Source of the DNA: Octopus bimaculoides
Taxonomy: Eukaryota
Direction: 5' to 3'
DNA length: 54,914 nt
NCBI RefSeq assembly: GCF_001194135.2
Contig: NC_068989.1
Location: forward strand, 38,996,045-39,050,958
Shown: positions 38,446 to 51,479 of the stretch, in pieces
Numbering within the stretch: the stretch's first letter is position 1
Layout of the letters: each line of letters starts with the position of its first letter
Notes under the pieces: generated by a model
What the model saw: only the letters and a program-made list of their open reading frames with translations
The model's database searches: none
What the model was told of the DNA's origin: nothing
Program-made: the position numbers and the translations under genes

Positions 38446-40191
38446 ATCTATTCTTGTTGAACTATCCAACCCACGCCAGCATGATAAAGTAGATGTTAAA
38501 TGAGGATGATGATGATGATGATGATGATGTCGTATATATTTGTGTGTGTGTGTGTACATATATGTCATGTCATCATCTGCATTGGTGCAGGCAGACCATT
38601 GAATGATGTTAATACATCATTTCATGTCCACTTTTCAAACTGGTTTAGGTTGGATATTTAAACATGATCCAATGAATCAGAGGAGTATATCTTGCTCCAG
38701 TATCTCTCATCTTGTAGGGTTTTTATTGCTTGAAGCAGCCCTTTTTAAGATCAACTTCTTTACAGAATGTACTGATGTACTGGGTGTTTTTTTTTCTTTT
38801 TTTTTTTTTTCTTTTCATGGCATCAGCACTAGTGAGGTTATCATATAACTTGCAAGACCAAAGAAACCACTCAGCTAAGAGAGAGTTTAGAGAAGAAGGA
38901 CGTGGCTTGGAATAAATGTAGAAAGTCTCCTGCTATAAAGTACTGAATAAATATCAACACAAGGGATGTTGATGAGACATTCACATCAGAACTTCTGAAC
39001 AGGAGAGAGACAAGAAAGACTATGTATCATCATAAAGATCAGCTGCCTTGTTGATGTGAATTTCTCTTTTAAAATCAAAGAGAGAGAGGATAACTTTAGA
39101 CAGATGCGTAGAAACCTTCAGCTTCTATACCTAGCTTATAAATTCACACTTATACTAATAATAGCTGCTATACTTGGTTTTGTTACTAAAATGTTCATGT
39201 GACAATATGAAAAAGCTAGGGTTTCAGAAAAAGAAATCAACCAGTTAACATGCACATTACAAATACAATCAGTCAGCAGAACTAAAAATATGCAAGACTT
39301 TTCTCAAGTTCAAGAAGTGACATTATTTTTGTTATCTATATTCCAGCGCCAGAGCTTTGTATCTTTGTTAGAAGCCAGCTCCTTCCATACAGAAAGAATT
39401 CAAATAATTAAAGATAGAAGAAAATCTACATACATGCACATTCACATACACGCATACACACACTCAAATACATACACAAATACAGCATTAATTTAAGCAA
39501 AACTTAGATGTTTATGAAATTATTAGTAAATTATGTTTCATGTGAAAAGTATTCATTTTGACACATACATAGATATTTCCTTCTCTGTTTATCTATAATT
39601 TAATGTATATACATTCAAACTTACATTCACATACAAACATAGAAATGAATACATAAAAATATATAGCTCTCCCTCATACATTTTTACATGTATTCATATT
39701 TGCATTATGGTTTATAGGTGTGTAAAAAAAAAAAAGAGTAAATGCTACCACATACATTCTTCTATACACTTTCACACTTGTAATATATGCCTAGGTAATT
39801 ATTTATACCAACATTCACTTACAGATACTCATATATGATTGTGCTAAGATATATGCCACACACACACACACTGATACAACCCTATACATGCATATACTTA
39901 TAAAAATAATATTCAGATAAACACAATAATGGATTACATACAAATATAATAAATATGTTTAATAGATTATTTACATATGCATACATGCTCACATGCATAC
40001 TTACAAACATGCATATATGTATATATAAACATACATATATTGTAAATAAATTTACATAAGCAGCTACATGTAAACATATTTACATACACATGTAGAAATA
40101 GGTATTCAGTACAAACAGTTTCATACTTGCACAAATGTCTAATGTACAATTATATTATTTATACACTAATATGTACATACAGATACACATA

Positions 40192-40261
<70 letters not shown>

Positions 40262-40459
40262 CTTAAACAAGAATATTATTGACAGTGACTTTGAAGTTAA
40301 GCCATTGTCCAGTCCAATGATAGCTTTAACTGACTGAAACTTCAAAGGCACTGTTGACAATATTTTTGTTTAATAATAAATTTGTACACTGCAAAAGTGT
40401 AATCCCCAGATTAAGGTGAAATTATTTTTTATGTAACTGAACATAAAAACAAACAAACA

Positions 40460-40534
<75 letters not shown>

Positions 40535-41289
40535 GTGTGTGTATATGTATATAAATATGTGTGTGTATGTATATGTGTATATATGTTATATGTATGTGCG
40601 TATATATAAGTATATGTGTATATATCTATATACGTATATATATACATATGTGTGTGTGTGTGTGTGTATATATATACACATATATATAAATGTATGTGTG
40701 TGTATATGTATGTGTGTACTCACACACATGTGCATATGTGTGTATGTTACTACTCATATATAAACATGAACATTTTTAGCAGTGAGTGGGATATTTACTT
40801 TCTAAGTACAAAATAACAACAAGATTCAATTATTTAAATCAATTTATTAATAGAGAGAGAAAATATTTCAATGTTGTTAACAACTGAAGCCAATGTCTGT
40901 TGACAAATCTGCTATTATCTTGTTATCTAAGATCAATACACTGGAGAGCCAGTGTCTAAATAAGAATATAGATGGTGTAAGATTGTGTTAATTAATTATT
41001 GGGAAAAGAGTTCATTATCATCATTATCATCTATAGTAACTTCAATAATGCAATAACATTTTTTGATATAATTTTAAAGGTGAAAACAGCAGATAACTGA
41101 TTATTATGAAAATAACTTCATGCAAAAGACTAATATGTCTATCATTCCAATGTTTCTTCACTCACTTGTTCTCTCTCACACAAAAAGTAGTCATTCAAAA
41201 TATCTGTCAAAAGGTCATTGATCAAGAAAATATAACAAATATAACGCCATTAGGCATTTTATCATTATTTTGTGGGTAACAGGCTCCAC

Positions 41290-42373
41290 GCGAAATTTTT
41301 TTCCCCACAAGAGTTCTGGACCCCAGTAATGAACTCATTTGCATACAACCAATCAGAGCTCACCTTGACCTTGTTGTAAAGTGAACAAAGGTTGGCATTC
41401 AAAATGGCAACCATCCGATTGCCATGTGGATCTTGTATTGTGCTCTCATTCAGATGCCAATATCATCAATACTGAACACATATGCTGGTTAGCAATAAGT
41501 TTGAATTACCAAAAATCTCTAGTCAGTAGGAAGAGAATTGGTGTGCAACCAACTGCAGCATCCAGGAGAAAGATGGTTGGTGGTGGCAGAAATTGCATTG
41601 GTGCAGGCAGACCATTGAAGGTTTGTTTGAAAAGTGTGAAAGGAAAGGTGCCACTCAGCTCTCAGATTATGCCTAGATGCAAAGCCCAACATAACATTTG
41701 GGAATGTGTTAAAAACAACCAATCTCTTGGTAAAACACACTCTATCAAGTAAACTCAAGATGCAGAACGTCGACTGTAATGGCCCTGACAACAATTTGTA
41801 TTGGGCTTAGCCTTCCACTTCGCATTCATCAGTGGCATGGAGAGAAAAGACTTCATACATGGGCATCTGTTTGTCTTTCACTGAAAAAACCTTTCTCAGG
41901 CCTGTGTCTTGGAGGGATAATTAGGTGCAAAAACCTATGCACTGCTCTGTGTGTGGTGTGTGTGTGTAAGTCGACTGATCTCCAAGTTAGGCCTCATTTT
42001 AGAAGGAGACAAGTAATTAGATAGATTTGCATCTAGACTTATCAGATTTTTTTAGGGCCCCATATGTTAAAGATATGAATGGGAAAAATGTGGGTAGAGA
42101 GTGATGTGTTAGCAACCCTCTCCCCTTACTGTTTTACAAAGTAAACAACAACACAAATAACTATGCAGAGGCAGCCATCATTGAAACAAGAACAAGAACA
42201 ACAAGCATTATTAAAAGAGGAAAGAAGCATGGTCATTCCTTACCCAAGTGACCTTATCTTATCACCCATCGCTTATGCACTCATAAATTAGCTTGAAAGT
42301 TGAGCTCCAAATGGCTGTATGCAAATGAGTTCATAACTGGGGTCCAGAACTCTCATGGGAAAAAAAAATTCGC
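41290..42373. mobile_element. Non-autonomous TIR DNA transposon, probably Mutator/MULE-like (1084 bp)
   Basis: 73-bp TIRs at 41290-41362 and 42301-42373 (about 9 mismatches), starting GCGAA. Immediately flanked by 9-bp direct repeats aggctccac (41281-89) and aggcttcac (42374-82). No recognisable transposase inside. Confidence 0.8.
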
Positions 42374-44738
42374 AGGCTTCACACTCTTACTATTTGGTCC
42401 TTGAATAACTCTAATACTCTGTCTAGTGCAAGCATTCCAACCAAGCTGCCTATCTCACTATTACCCCACCAACATGTTTCTCATGAATACTGACCAACAG
42501 ATGTCCTGCTTGTATGTCAACTTCCTCTCTTTTAGCATTCTAGGAGAACCTCTGTCTCTTCTGACTAATTTATTTAAGATAATGAAGGTTTTTTGTTCAA
42601 TTTTCAGCAGTTGAAATGGTTAAAATGCAGCTATATTGGCCACAAAAATGAATAGCAAAAATGAATAGCATAGTTACAATTATTGAATTGTATCCATTGA
42701 GCAAAGCTCTTTTCCTTCGTTTGCTTCATTGCTCACTTTTTATGAAATAGGGTTGGGTTTGGGTACGTCTATTCATCTAGAAGTGAAAACTTCTTAATGA
42801 AAATATTTTACTGTTGATTTATTACATAGACATAGATATTTAAATCTGGGGAACAAATGAATACTGTTCTGAACAGAAAACTGAGGCCAGATATATGTAT
42901 AAGCATGGCTGTGTAGTTAATAAATTAGTTTCAAATGTCTTCAGTTATTGGCTTGGTTCCACTTACCACCTCATTAGTTAAGTGTCTTCTACCCTAGACT
43001 GAGGTTGGCCAAAGTCTTGTGAATGAAATTTGGAAGACATACTTTGAGGGAGCCCTCCAGAGCAACCCTTATTGTTCTTAAGTGGTAGATATTATTGATA
43101 CCCAAGTTTCAAACTGCCATCTGATCTCTAGGTAACTTTAGCAGTGTTCATTGTGTTGTAATCTGATCATATTTTTATCCCTTGTGAAAAAGCCTTGTGA
43201 AAGGATTTTGAGTCTGATCTTCTTCTGAGTGGGCCATGAAAATTAAATTAAACATAAGTCAATAGAATTGGGTCACATGTAATTTACCCATTATTTTTTC
43301 ATCAACTCCAACTTTACAGTCTTTTACTTTAACATATCTAGATACTTTTTCTAATGCATTTGACTATGTGTTCTAATCTATCTCTTCTTCAAGCTATATT
43401 AATATTTCTCAATCACTGCACTATTATCACCATCTTCACAACCATGAAAATAACCTCAATCAGCATAACAAACTGATGTTCTAAGTTTTCATGGATTTGA
43501 TAAATTGTCATTATGTCATAGTTTTTATGTTTTCTATAATGATTAATGGCTCCACTAATTCAAATATTTGTGTCATAATTTATGGCATATTCTTTGAATG
43601 ACTACAGCCTTCTAACTACCAATTTCTAAGTCCACAAATTAACTTTCACCAATCCATTGTAACTAAATAATGGTAATCTCTGGAGAGCATGACCTATTTT
43701 TCATTTGTTACTCTTGCCATTTTAGATGACTTGCGTTGCTAATGCTCTAGGGAAAGATGTGAACATCTCAACATTCTCATGTAAATTCAATAAGGCTAAT
43801 CACACATCATCATCATCATCAACACATACATCCTCCTCCTCCTCTGCACTACCACCACCACCACCTCCTATGCCTCTTCGTCCACCACCTCTACCTTGTT
43901 ATTGTCGTCATCATCATCATCATCATTGTTTTACATGTGTTTCTCCATGGTTACATGTGTTGAGTATGTCTAAGAGCATCTCACCACCTGTCGTGATTAT
44001 TCAATCACTAATATCTATTAATGTTCATGGCATTCTTTTTTCTCTTTTGACATTATTTTTATGACTGGATGTCCTATTTATCATATCAGTCACTTTTACA
44101 TCAAGGATTGCAAGCATTTTATCATGCCTTCAATGCAAAAGAATTAGGTACAGGTGTAGCTGTGTGGTAAGAAGTTTGTGTCTCAACCACATGGTTCTAG
44201 TTTCATTCCCACTATATGGTACCTTGGAAAAATGTTTTCTACTATAGTGTCAGACCAATCAAATTCTTGTGAGTGAATTTAGTAGATGGAAACTGAAAGA
44301 AGCCTTATGCGTGTGTGTGTGTGTGTGTGCAAGGAGTGGTCACTACTGATGAGCTTGTAATTTTTCAGGCAAAGCTAGTCTAGTCTAGTGATCTAGCTTT
44401 GCTTATGGGGCAGTTATCTCGCTTGTCAGTATATGAAAATGTGCTTTCTTGTAACTCTAAGGGTTTTAACACTTATTTCTAGCAATATAAGTGCTACCCA
44501 GCACCCTCAGTCACAACTAGTGACTATTGAATTTTTCCTTTTGGTTTTATATTGCATAGAGTTGTCTTTGTTATTGTATATATATAAATTATATGTATGT
44601 ATGTATGTATGTAAGTGTGTGTGTGTGTGACTGTGTGTATGACTGTGAGTGTTTCTGTTTGTCCCCCAGTGCTACTTGACAACCAGTGTTGGTGTGTCTA
44701 AGTATCAGAATTTAAAAATATGTACTAGAGTCAATTCA

Positions 44739-45152
44739 TTTACTCTTTACTCTTTTACTTGTTTCAGTCATTTGACTGTGGCCATGCTGGAGCACCGCCT
44801 TTAGTCGAGCTAATCGACCTCAGGACTTATTCTTTGTAAGCCTAGTACTTATTCTATCGGTCTCTTTTTGCTGAACCCCTAAGTTACGGGGACGTAAACA
44901 CACCAGCATCGGTTGTCAAGCAATGGTGAGGGGACAAACACAAACACACAAACACACATACATACATATATATATATATACATATATACAACGGGCTTCT
45001 TTCAGTTTCTGTCTACCAAATCCACTTACAAGGCTTTGGTCGGCCCGAGGCTATAGTAGAAGAGACTTGCCCAAGATGCCACGCAGTGGGACTGAACTCG
45101 GAACCATGTGGTTGGTAAGCAAGCTACTTACCACACAGCCACTCCTGCGCCT
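44739..45152 (-). mobile_element. tRNA-headed SINE family A, best-preserved (young) copy
   Basis: Minus strand: A-box-like tggctgtgtgg, B-box-like gagttcagtccc, CORE-like tcttgggcaagt, internal (TA/TG)n, 3' ...gactgaaacaagtaaaag-agtaaag repeats. CpGs are retained, unlike in the other copies. Confidence 0.9.
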
Positions 45153-46748
45153 ATTAAATATATCTTTTTTGTTAAGAGTTACTGCTTTTTTAGATGGATT
45201 ACCTACACTGTGGCTTGCAAAGTTTATGCTTTTTCTATTTGTTTGTTTGAAAGTTAAAATGAAAGAAGTGTATATTGTACATATACAAAAAAATGAGATG
45301 GTGTCTATCTTTTCTATTTATTCTAGTAAGGTCAGAACCATCTCTTTACACAATATATGAACCTCTCCTTCAGCTCATTGAGTATCAGTTTGCATCATCT
45401 CTTTATTTTAATTCTGAATCTAATTCCTGCTGATATTGATTACCACCATGCTTTTACTTGAAGATTATCCTTATTTATCACCCATTGAAGGATACTGCAG
45501 TTTTGAATTAGAAATATGTTTTACCTGTGTCTATACATTGTGTGTGTGTGTGTGTGTATGAATAGGAAGAGGGGCATATTATAAATGAACAGTTACATAA
45601 GAACACAATCTACAAAAGACCTATAGAAACTTTTACATTCCATGTATAAATGGATCAATAAATAGTTGATCGCTCTAACTACAAAGCTGTTGTTGCTTCA
45701 CTGGGGAGATGGTTTATATATCCCTACTAAAAGGATCGATGTACTTGTGTATTTAGATGAAATCACATTAGTGAATGGATGTGTGGTTTCCAAATATTCC
45801 ACCAACCCTTGAGAACAAGGCCTTAACTCATAATTGCTCATTCTCAATACAACAAACCTAAACAAAGATTCTGTACATGTAAAGAATCAATATGTGTGTG
45901 TGTATGTTTGAATGTATAAATAAGTACAAACATATATAAGAAGGCACTTGTTTGTGCCAATGCATGCATGAACTACATGGAGAGCACATGTACAATCACT
46001 CATGCAAACATGTGTGTATGTGTGTGTGAATGATATTTAACATGAGCAGAAATTCATTTATGCTTACATCTATGCATAAATTTATCGTTGTTTACATATT
46101 TATCTGTGTATATGTGCATATAAATGTGTGTGTCTGTGATGCTAGATTCAATTAATTAGATAATGAGGCTGAATACAAAAGAGGCAATTTGTACACATTT
46201 ACAGTCTAATGGGGTTGAATTATATCCTGTCCTCATATCTGCTGTCACTTTATTACACTCCAAGCGTTAATCATTTGTGCATCAGCTGCACAGCTGTTAA
46301 AAATCTTTAATGATAGTTGAAGCTTTTAGAAGTTCAAATATCTCCACAATAATGTTTTCTTTGGAGTGAGCAGAAAGACTGTATAATTTAATGGTGAAAC
46401 AGAATGCAATGTTTTGACAAGAATGCTTTTATATGTGCCACTTGCAATATAAGTGATGTAAAATGGTGTAATCAACAATTGAAAAAATATTGCCAATTCC
46501 ACTCACCAGGAGCTTACCTCTTGCTTTACAACTTCTGCAATAAGCATTTTCAAAATATTGATTTCTGTTTATGGATTATGCAAACTTTATCTGTTCATCT
46601 GTATTTATAATGATATCTTAAAATTTGGTAGCCATTTCATCTTTAGCATCCCAGTTATTTTTTAATTTTGCTCTTCAAATTTTCTCAATACTGTAAGAAT
46701 CTCAGAGAATGAGAATGTTTGATCTCTAAATTTATTCAATTAAATTGG

Positions 46749-46817
<69 letters not shown>

Positions 46818-47089
46818 TAAGACCTGTCCACCACAACAGAATTGATATCAGTGTTGATGCGAAGTAAAAAGCACTGGTGCTGATTCCACATAAACAGTAC
46901 CCTGTACACTTTGTAAAGTGGTTAACATTTGGAAGGGCATCTAGCCTTAGAAACCATGCCAGAGCAGATAATGCAGCCCCTAGTCTTACCAGTTCCTGTC
47001 AAACCATCCAACCCAAGCCATCATGGAAAACAGGCATTAAATGATGATGATGGTGATTATGATGGCATGATATATACATATATATATAC

Positions 47090-47151
<62 letters not shown>

Positions 47152-48125
47152 TGCATTTATTCACACTTTAAAAGTTTTGAAATGTTCTTTCACATTCAAG
47201 TAAAATGATTTCTAGATGAAATGGTTAGAAACAAATAAAAGTAGTCCTCTGTGAAACATTTGATTCAAGATACTGGATGGATTAAGGACCATTAACTTAT
47301 GAGTTCAAAACTTGCAATAGTTTTTGTGTTTTGTCTTTGGCCAAGGTACAATATGACTCTGTTAACCATTTTTATCCAACTGAAAACAGGTTTTACTGTC
47401 AACTTCACACTTGAGGTTGAAAGTATTAGGAGCAGCTTTTTTAATTCCACTTGTCAACAGACCTGTCTGAGATGTGTGTAGAGTGATTAACCATTTTATA
47501 TGCATGCATTCAGTGTCCAGGTATTGCTGACTTGTGGTATCATATCAAACACTTAATGTTGAATTCAGTTGCCAATCGAATTTATTGTTGTTTGCCATAC
47601 CACCCTCCTTTAATTAGGCAATTTTCTTCTGTCTGATGGCTATTGTAAAAGAGGTTGTTGGGTAGACAAGGTCGAAGAGTTTAAGGATAGAAATTTCTTT
47701 TTGATAGAGTTCATATCAACTATTTCAAATTTCACTTCAAAAACAAAAGTGAAAGTGGAAGGTGCTGTCTTTGAATGAATTCATTAAAGATTGGTAAGAG
47801 TAGATGGAACTGCTCATAAGCCTCTAAGCCAGAAAATGGTATATAGAGTGGAGCACTCTTAGTGATCAGGGTGATCTTGGCTCAACAGGGTTCTTTGATA
47901 GGTCCTAGATAGAGATCCTGTTATACCAGGAGTACAGCATGATTATCTGTTATTTGTATACCATGTTGACTTGTATTTCATGTTTTACTTTCTTTCTTTT
48001 GAGTTTTCTTTATAAATCTCCATACTGTGTATGTCTTTATGATTGCCCCCTCATCCATTACTCTGGTGGCAAATACTGAAATAATGGTGATTATAATGAT
48101 AATAATAATAATTATTATTATTATT

Positions 48126-48682
48126 GAGTGAGAGAGCAGTGCATACCATCAAAGTGATACTAGGGTAAAATATACGAAGCCCAGTATACCCATCATGACT
48201 ACCTGTCTGATAAGGGTACATCAGTCACATGCATCACAACCATATGTGCATGACATAGTGATCTCATATCAAGATAAACAGTGCATGACCTTGCAAGTGG
48301 AGCCCAGTTAGAATTTTCTTCAGGTCAAGTAGCCTATCCCACTCAAAAGGTTCATGAATAAAAGTTGCTTAAAGGATGATGAACAAAACAGCCATGTTTC
48401 CAGAGGTGAATTATCCAAACCCCGATGAATTCTTCTCAACACATGGTTATAATGCTCCCCCACTACTTCTGCTCATGATCAGAGATGCATATATCCTCAG
48501 CCACCAAAGGATATGCTCAGCTGGTTATGGTCAAGCAACTGACAAGCAAATCTGCGGTATTGTGCAGAATATTTGCTGTAGCCCATCTTTTAGACCAAGA
48601 CAAAACAATGTACATGATAACACTTCCAGTCGGTTAAGATCAGAAGTCATGTGAGCCACTGCCTGGTATTGCATCCGGGCAT
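48126..48682 (+). repeat. Unclassified ~560-bp interspersed repeat (family E), copy 1
   Basis: Aligns along its length with the reverse complement of 54205-54763. No TIR, pol III boxes or credible ORF seen; (ATT)n on both sides. Confidence 0.85.
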
Positions 48683-48704
48683 TTATTATTATTATTATTA
48701 TTAT

Positions 48705-49077
48705 TACCTCTGCCTTAGCAAAGACGGAGGTATTGTTTTCAGTCATGTTTGTTTGTTTTGTTTGTTTGCTCATGGACAACATATCCCAAGAACCATTGGA
48801 TGGATTCGGATGAAACTTTCAGGGATGCTTGACCTTGTAACTGGTACAAACTGATCAGATTTGGGGATTGATCTGGTACAGGATAAGGATTCTGATTATT
48901 TTTCTGTTTTTTTACTTAATTTTTGAGAATGGCTAGGTTCATTTTTAGTATTCTTGTTTGTGAGAACAGTCAAGTTTATTTCAGATATTCTTATTTTAAA
49001 AATCATTTCTAGCTAATTGTTGAGAGGACATTGAGAGGTGTTGCCTTGGCAAAGGTTTGTGCTCTCTGAGTGCGCTT
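48705..49077 (+). mobile_element. Non-autonomous Helentron-like element (HINE/DINE-1 type)
   Basis: 5' tacctctgcc with nearby inverted gacggaggta (48723-32); (GTTT)n core; 3' sub-terminal inverted repeat ccttggcaaaggt (49044-56); 3' hairpin gtgctc-tct-gagtgc; T-rich flanks with no TSD. This is the DINE-1/HINE layout. Confidence 0.75.
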
Positions 49078-49131
49078 ATTATTATTGTTGTTATTATTAT
49101 TATTATTATCATTATTATTATTATTATTAAG

Positions 49132-49680
49132 AAGGAGGTGAGCTGGCAGAACCATTAGCATGCTGGGCAAAGTGCTTAGTGGTATTTCATCCATCTATAC
49201 ATGCTAAATTTAAACTCCCCCAAAGTCAACTTCACCTTTCATCCTTTTGGGGTTGATAAAGTAAGTACCAGTTGAGTACTACCCCTCTGCCAAATTTGAG
49301 GCATTGTACCTATAGTAGAAAGGATTATTATTAAAGTGATGCGCAAGTAGAATCGTTAGTATGCCAGGCAAATTGCTTTGCTGTATTTTGTCTTTCTCTG
49401 CATTCTGAGTTCAAGTTTTGCCAAGGTCGACTTAGCCTTTCATCTTTTTGGGATTGATAAAATAAGTACTAGCTGAGTACTGGAGTCAATGTAATCAACT
49501 TATCCCCTCACTCAAAATTGCTGGCTTTGTGCCAAAATTTGAAATCATCATCATTATTATCATTAGGGTGATGGTTGGCAAAATCACTAGAGTATCAAAC
49601 AAAATGTTTCATGGCATTTGCTCCAGCTTATTTTGATCATAATTCAAATCTCACCTGTGGTAACAACCTTTTTATTCTTT
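49132..49680 (+). mobile_element. Three tandem SINE family B copies (49132-49330, 49334-49550, partial 49564-49680)
   Basis: Repeated tggcagaa..ttag..aaatgcttag heads, each separated by short (ATT)n or (ATC)n. Confidence 0.8.
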
Positions 49681-49781
49681 TTTTTTTTCCAATAATTATT
49701 TGGTTACCAAAATAAAATATCTTTCATGAAAGTCTTGTAGTCTATTGATATTTGTATATGAGCACTCCCCCCACACACATG

Positions 49782-49823
<42 letters not shown>

Positions 49824-50089
49824 TGTGTGTATGTATGCAGAGAGAGAGAAAGAGAAAGAAAGAGGAGAGATACATATATGTGAGTGTGCCTTTATATATA
49901 GAAGTGTGTGTGCATGTGTATTTTAGTTATTAAGTTGGAATTGATGACTACTATGTTTGAGAACTATTACAGAATAATCTTTGCTATAAAATTGCTTCGG
50001 GAAACTCATGTAACAGGACAATATTTAATATGATAGATACACAGCTGTAATTAGACATGGGAACACCTATGGAATGAAGTTCATGAACT

Positions 50090-50560
50090 ATGGAATGGAG
50101 TCCAGTAGTTTATAAAACATAGTTGATAACTTCTGTTACCAAGGTTATCTAATTAATGCTGCTGGCTGGAGGTGGTTGTTGCAAAAGTCTAATAAGGAAG
50201 AGGTTGAATAGCACTACAAGGACTGTAGTCTCCTGACCAACAAAGTATTTCTCTATTTATAAATGAGTTTGGCTGTTTGAAATGAACATTATCCATGTGG
50301 TAGTGAATGTCAGTGAAAGATGAGGTGTTGATGTTTCACTTCTGCATAGTCTGAAGTGGAATGAGGTGAGCAGAATCCGTTGAATGTAAAATGCTTAACT
50401 TGAATGGGAGGCAGGATACAGGTAACTTGAGAGAGTGGCTGGGTATTAAAGAGACCTACCAATGTATGTAGGAGAGACAACTACATTGGTACGAATATGT
50501 GATACAGTTTGGTGAAGACTATTGAGTGATATATGCAGTGTTGGAAAGTAGTGATGTTGT
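50090..50560 (+). mobile_element. Degenerate RTE LINE thumb-region fragment
   Basis: VDNFCYQGYLINAAG..SLLTNK..ERQLHWYEYVIQFGED parallels VDSFHYL..QLHWYSHVIGMDED of the 18342-20036 copy. Confidence 0.65.
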
Positions 50561-51479
50561 TCAGAGGCTGGACTTCAGAGTAAAAAATGAGGAAAGATCA
50601 TATTTTTATACAACAAATCTGTCCAATCCATATAGTGAGATAGATAATAAAATTTGATACTGTTGCTACTGCTACTGCAGCTGCTGGCAGTGGTGGTGGT
50701 GTCATAGAAACTGAAACAGTGTACTAAATATGATAAGATATAGTTTTTAAATGTCAGTATATTACATTTATAAAATCTGCAGAAAAAGTGAAACAGAAAT
50801 TGTACAGAAGTTTATTTGAAGTAAACTGCATGTATAAATACATACATAAAAGTATATGTGTATATATGTTTCTATGTATACACATGTACTTATCATATGT
50901 TCATGTTTGTGTTTATGCTTATATAAGATACATGTGTGTTGCAAATGTATGTATTTGAGAAAGTTGTATATACATGTATGTGTATGGAAAATGAGAAAGA
51001 GAAATTGAGAACAAATTTTGTTTACATTTCTTAAACATTCAATCCACATATTTTGCGTAACAAATACTTTTTAAATCAATATACTTTTTATTTTTGTATT
51101 TAAACTCTTTATGAAACACATTTATAAAATTGAAATTCCCTTCTTCCAGTATTAAATAATCTAGACTGTTATAGTATTACATATTTCAGTATTAAAATAT
51201 TCACTGTTTGTTTTACAATTTCATTTATTGATTTTCTTTTGATCACAGAAGACATTGTCCATATTTCAACATTCATTTTCTTTTCTATTATTGTCTACAG
51301 AATATATTATTGAAACTTTAACATTGTCTCTCGTGCATATTATAAATGTGTGTTGGTAAGTTCTTTGTGAATGAAGATTTACATTTAATAAAAGGAACTA
51401 CTCAACTCCTATTTCTTTTATTCCAAAGTTTATGGGAGGAACATACACTTTACAAATTTCAATTTTTGTCTCTTATAGA

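Noticed and set aside
40195-40532. (GT)n and (CA)n tracts forming a long foldback
   Set aside because: Expected by chance at this microsatellite density.
39967-40816. Many 60-140-aa ORFs rich in YI, HT, CV, SL or poly-I/M here and throughout the window
   Set aside because: Translations of stop-free microsatellites.
41381-41752. 123-aa ORF inside the MULE-like element as a transposase or cargo gene
   Set aside because: Starts at GTG and shows no recognisable domain; cannot be supported without a search.
44739-45152. tRNA genes at SINE heads
   Set aside because: A/B-box-like motifs only, with no cloverleaf; they continue into multi-copy SINE bodies.
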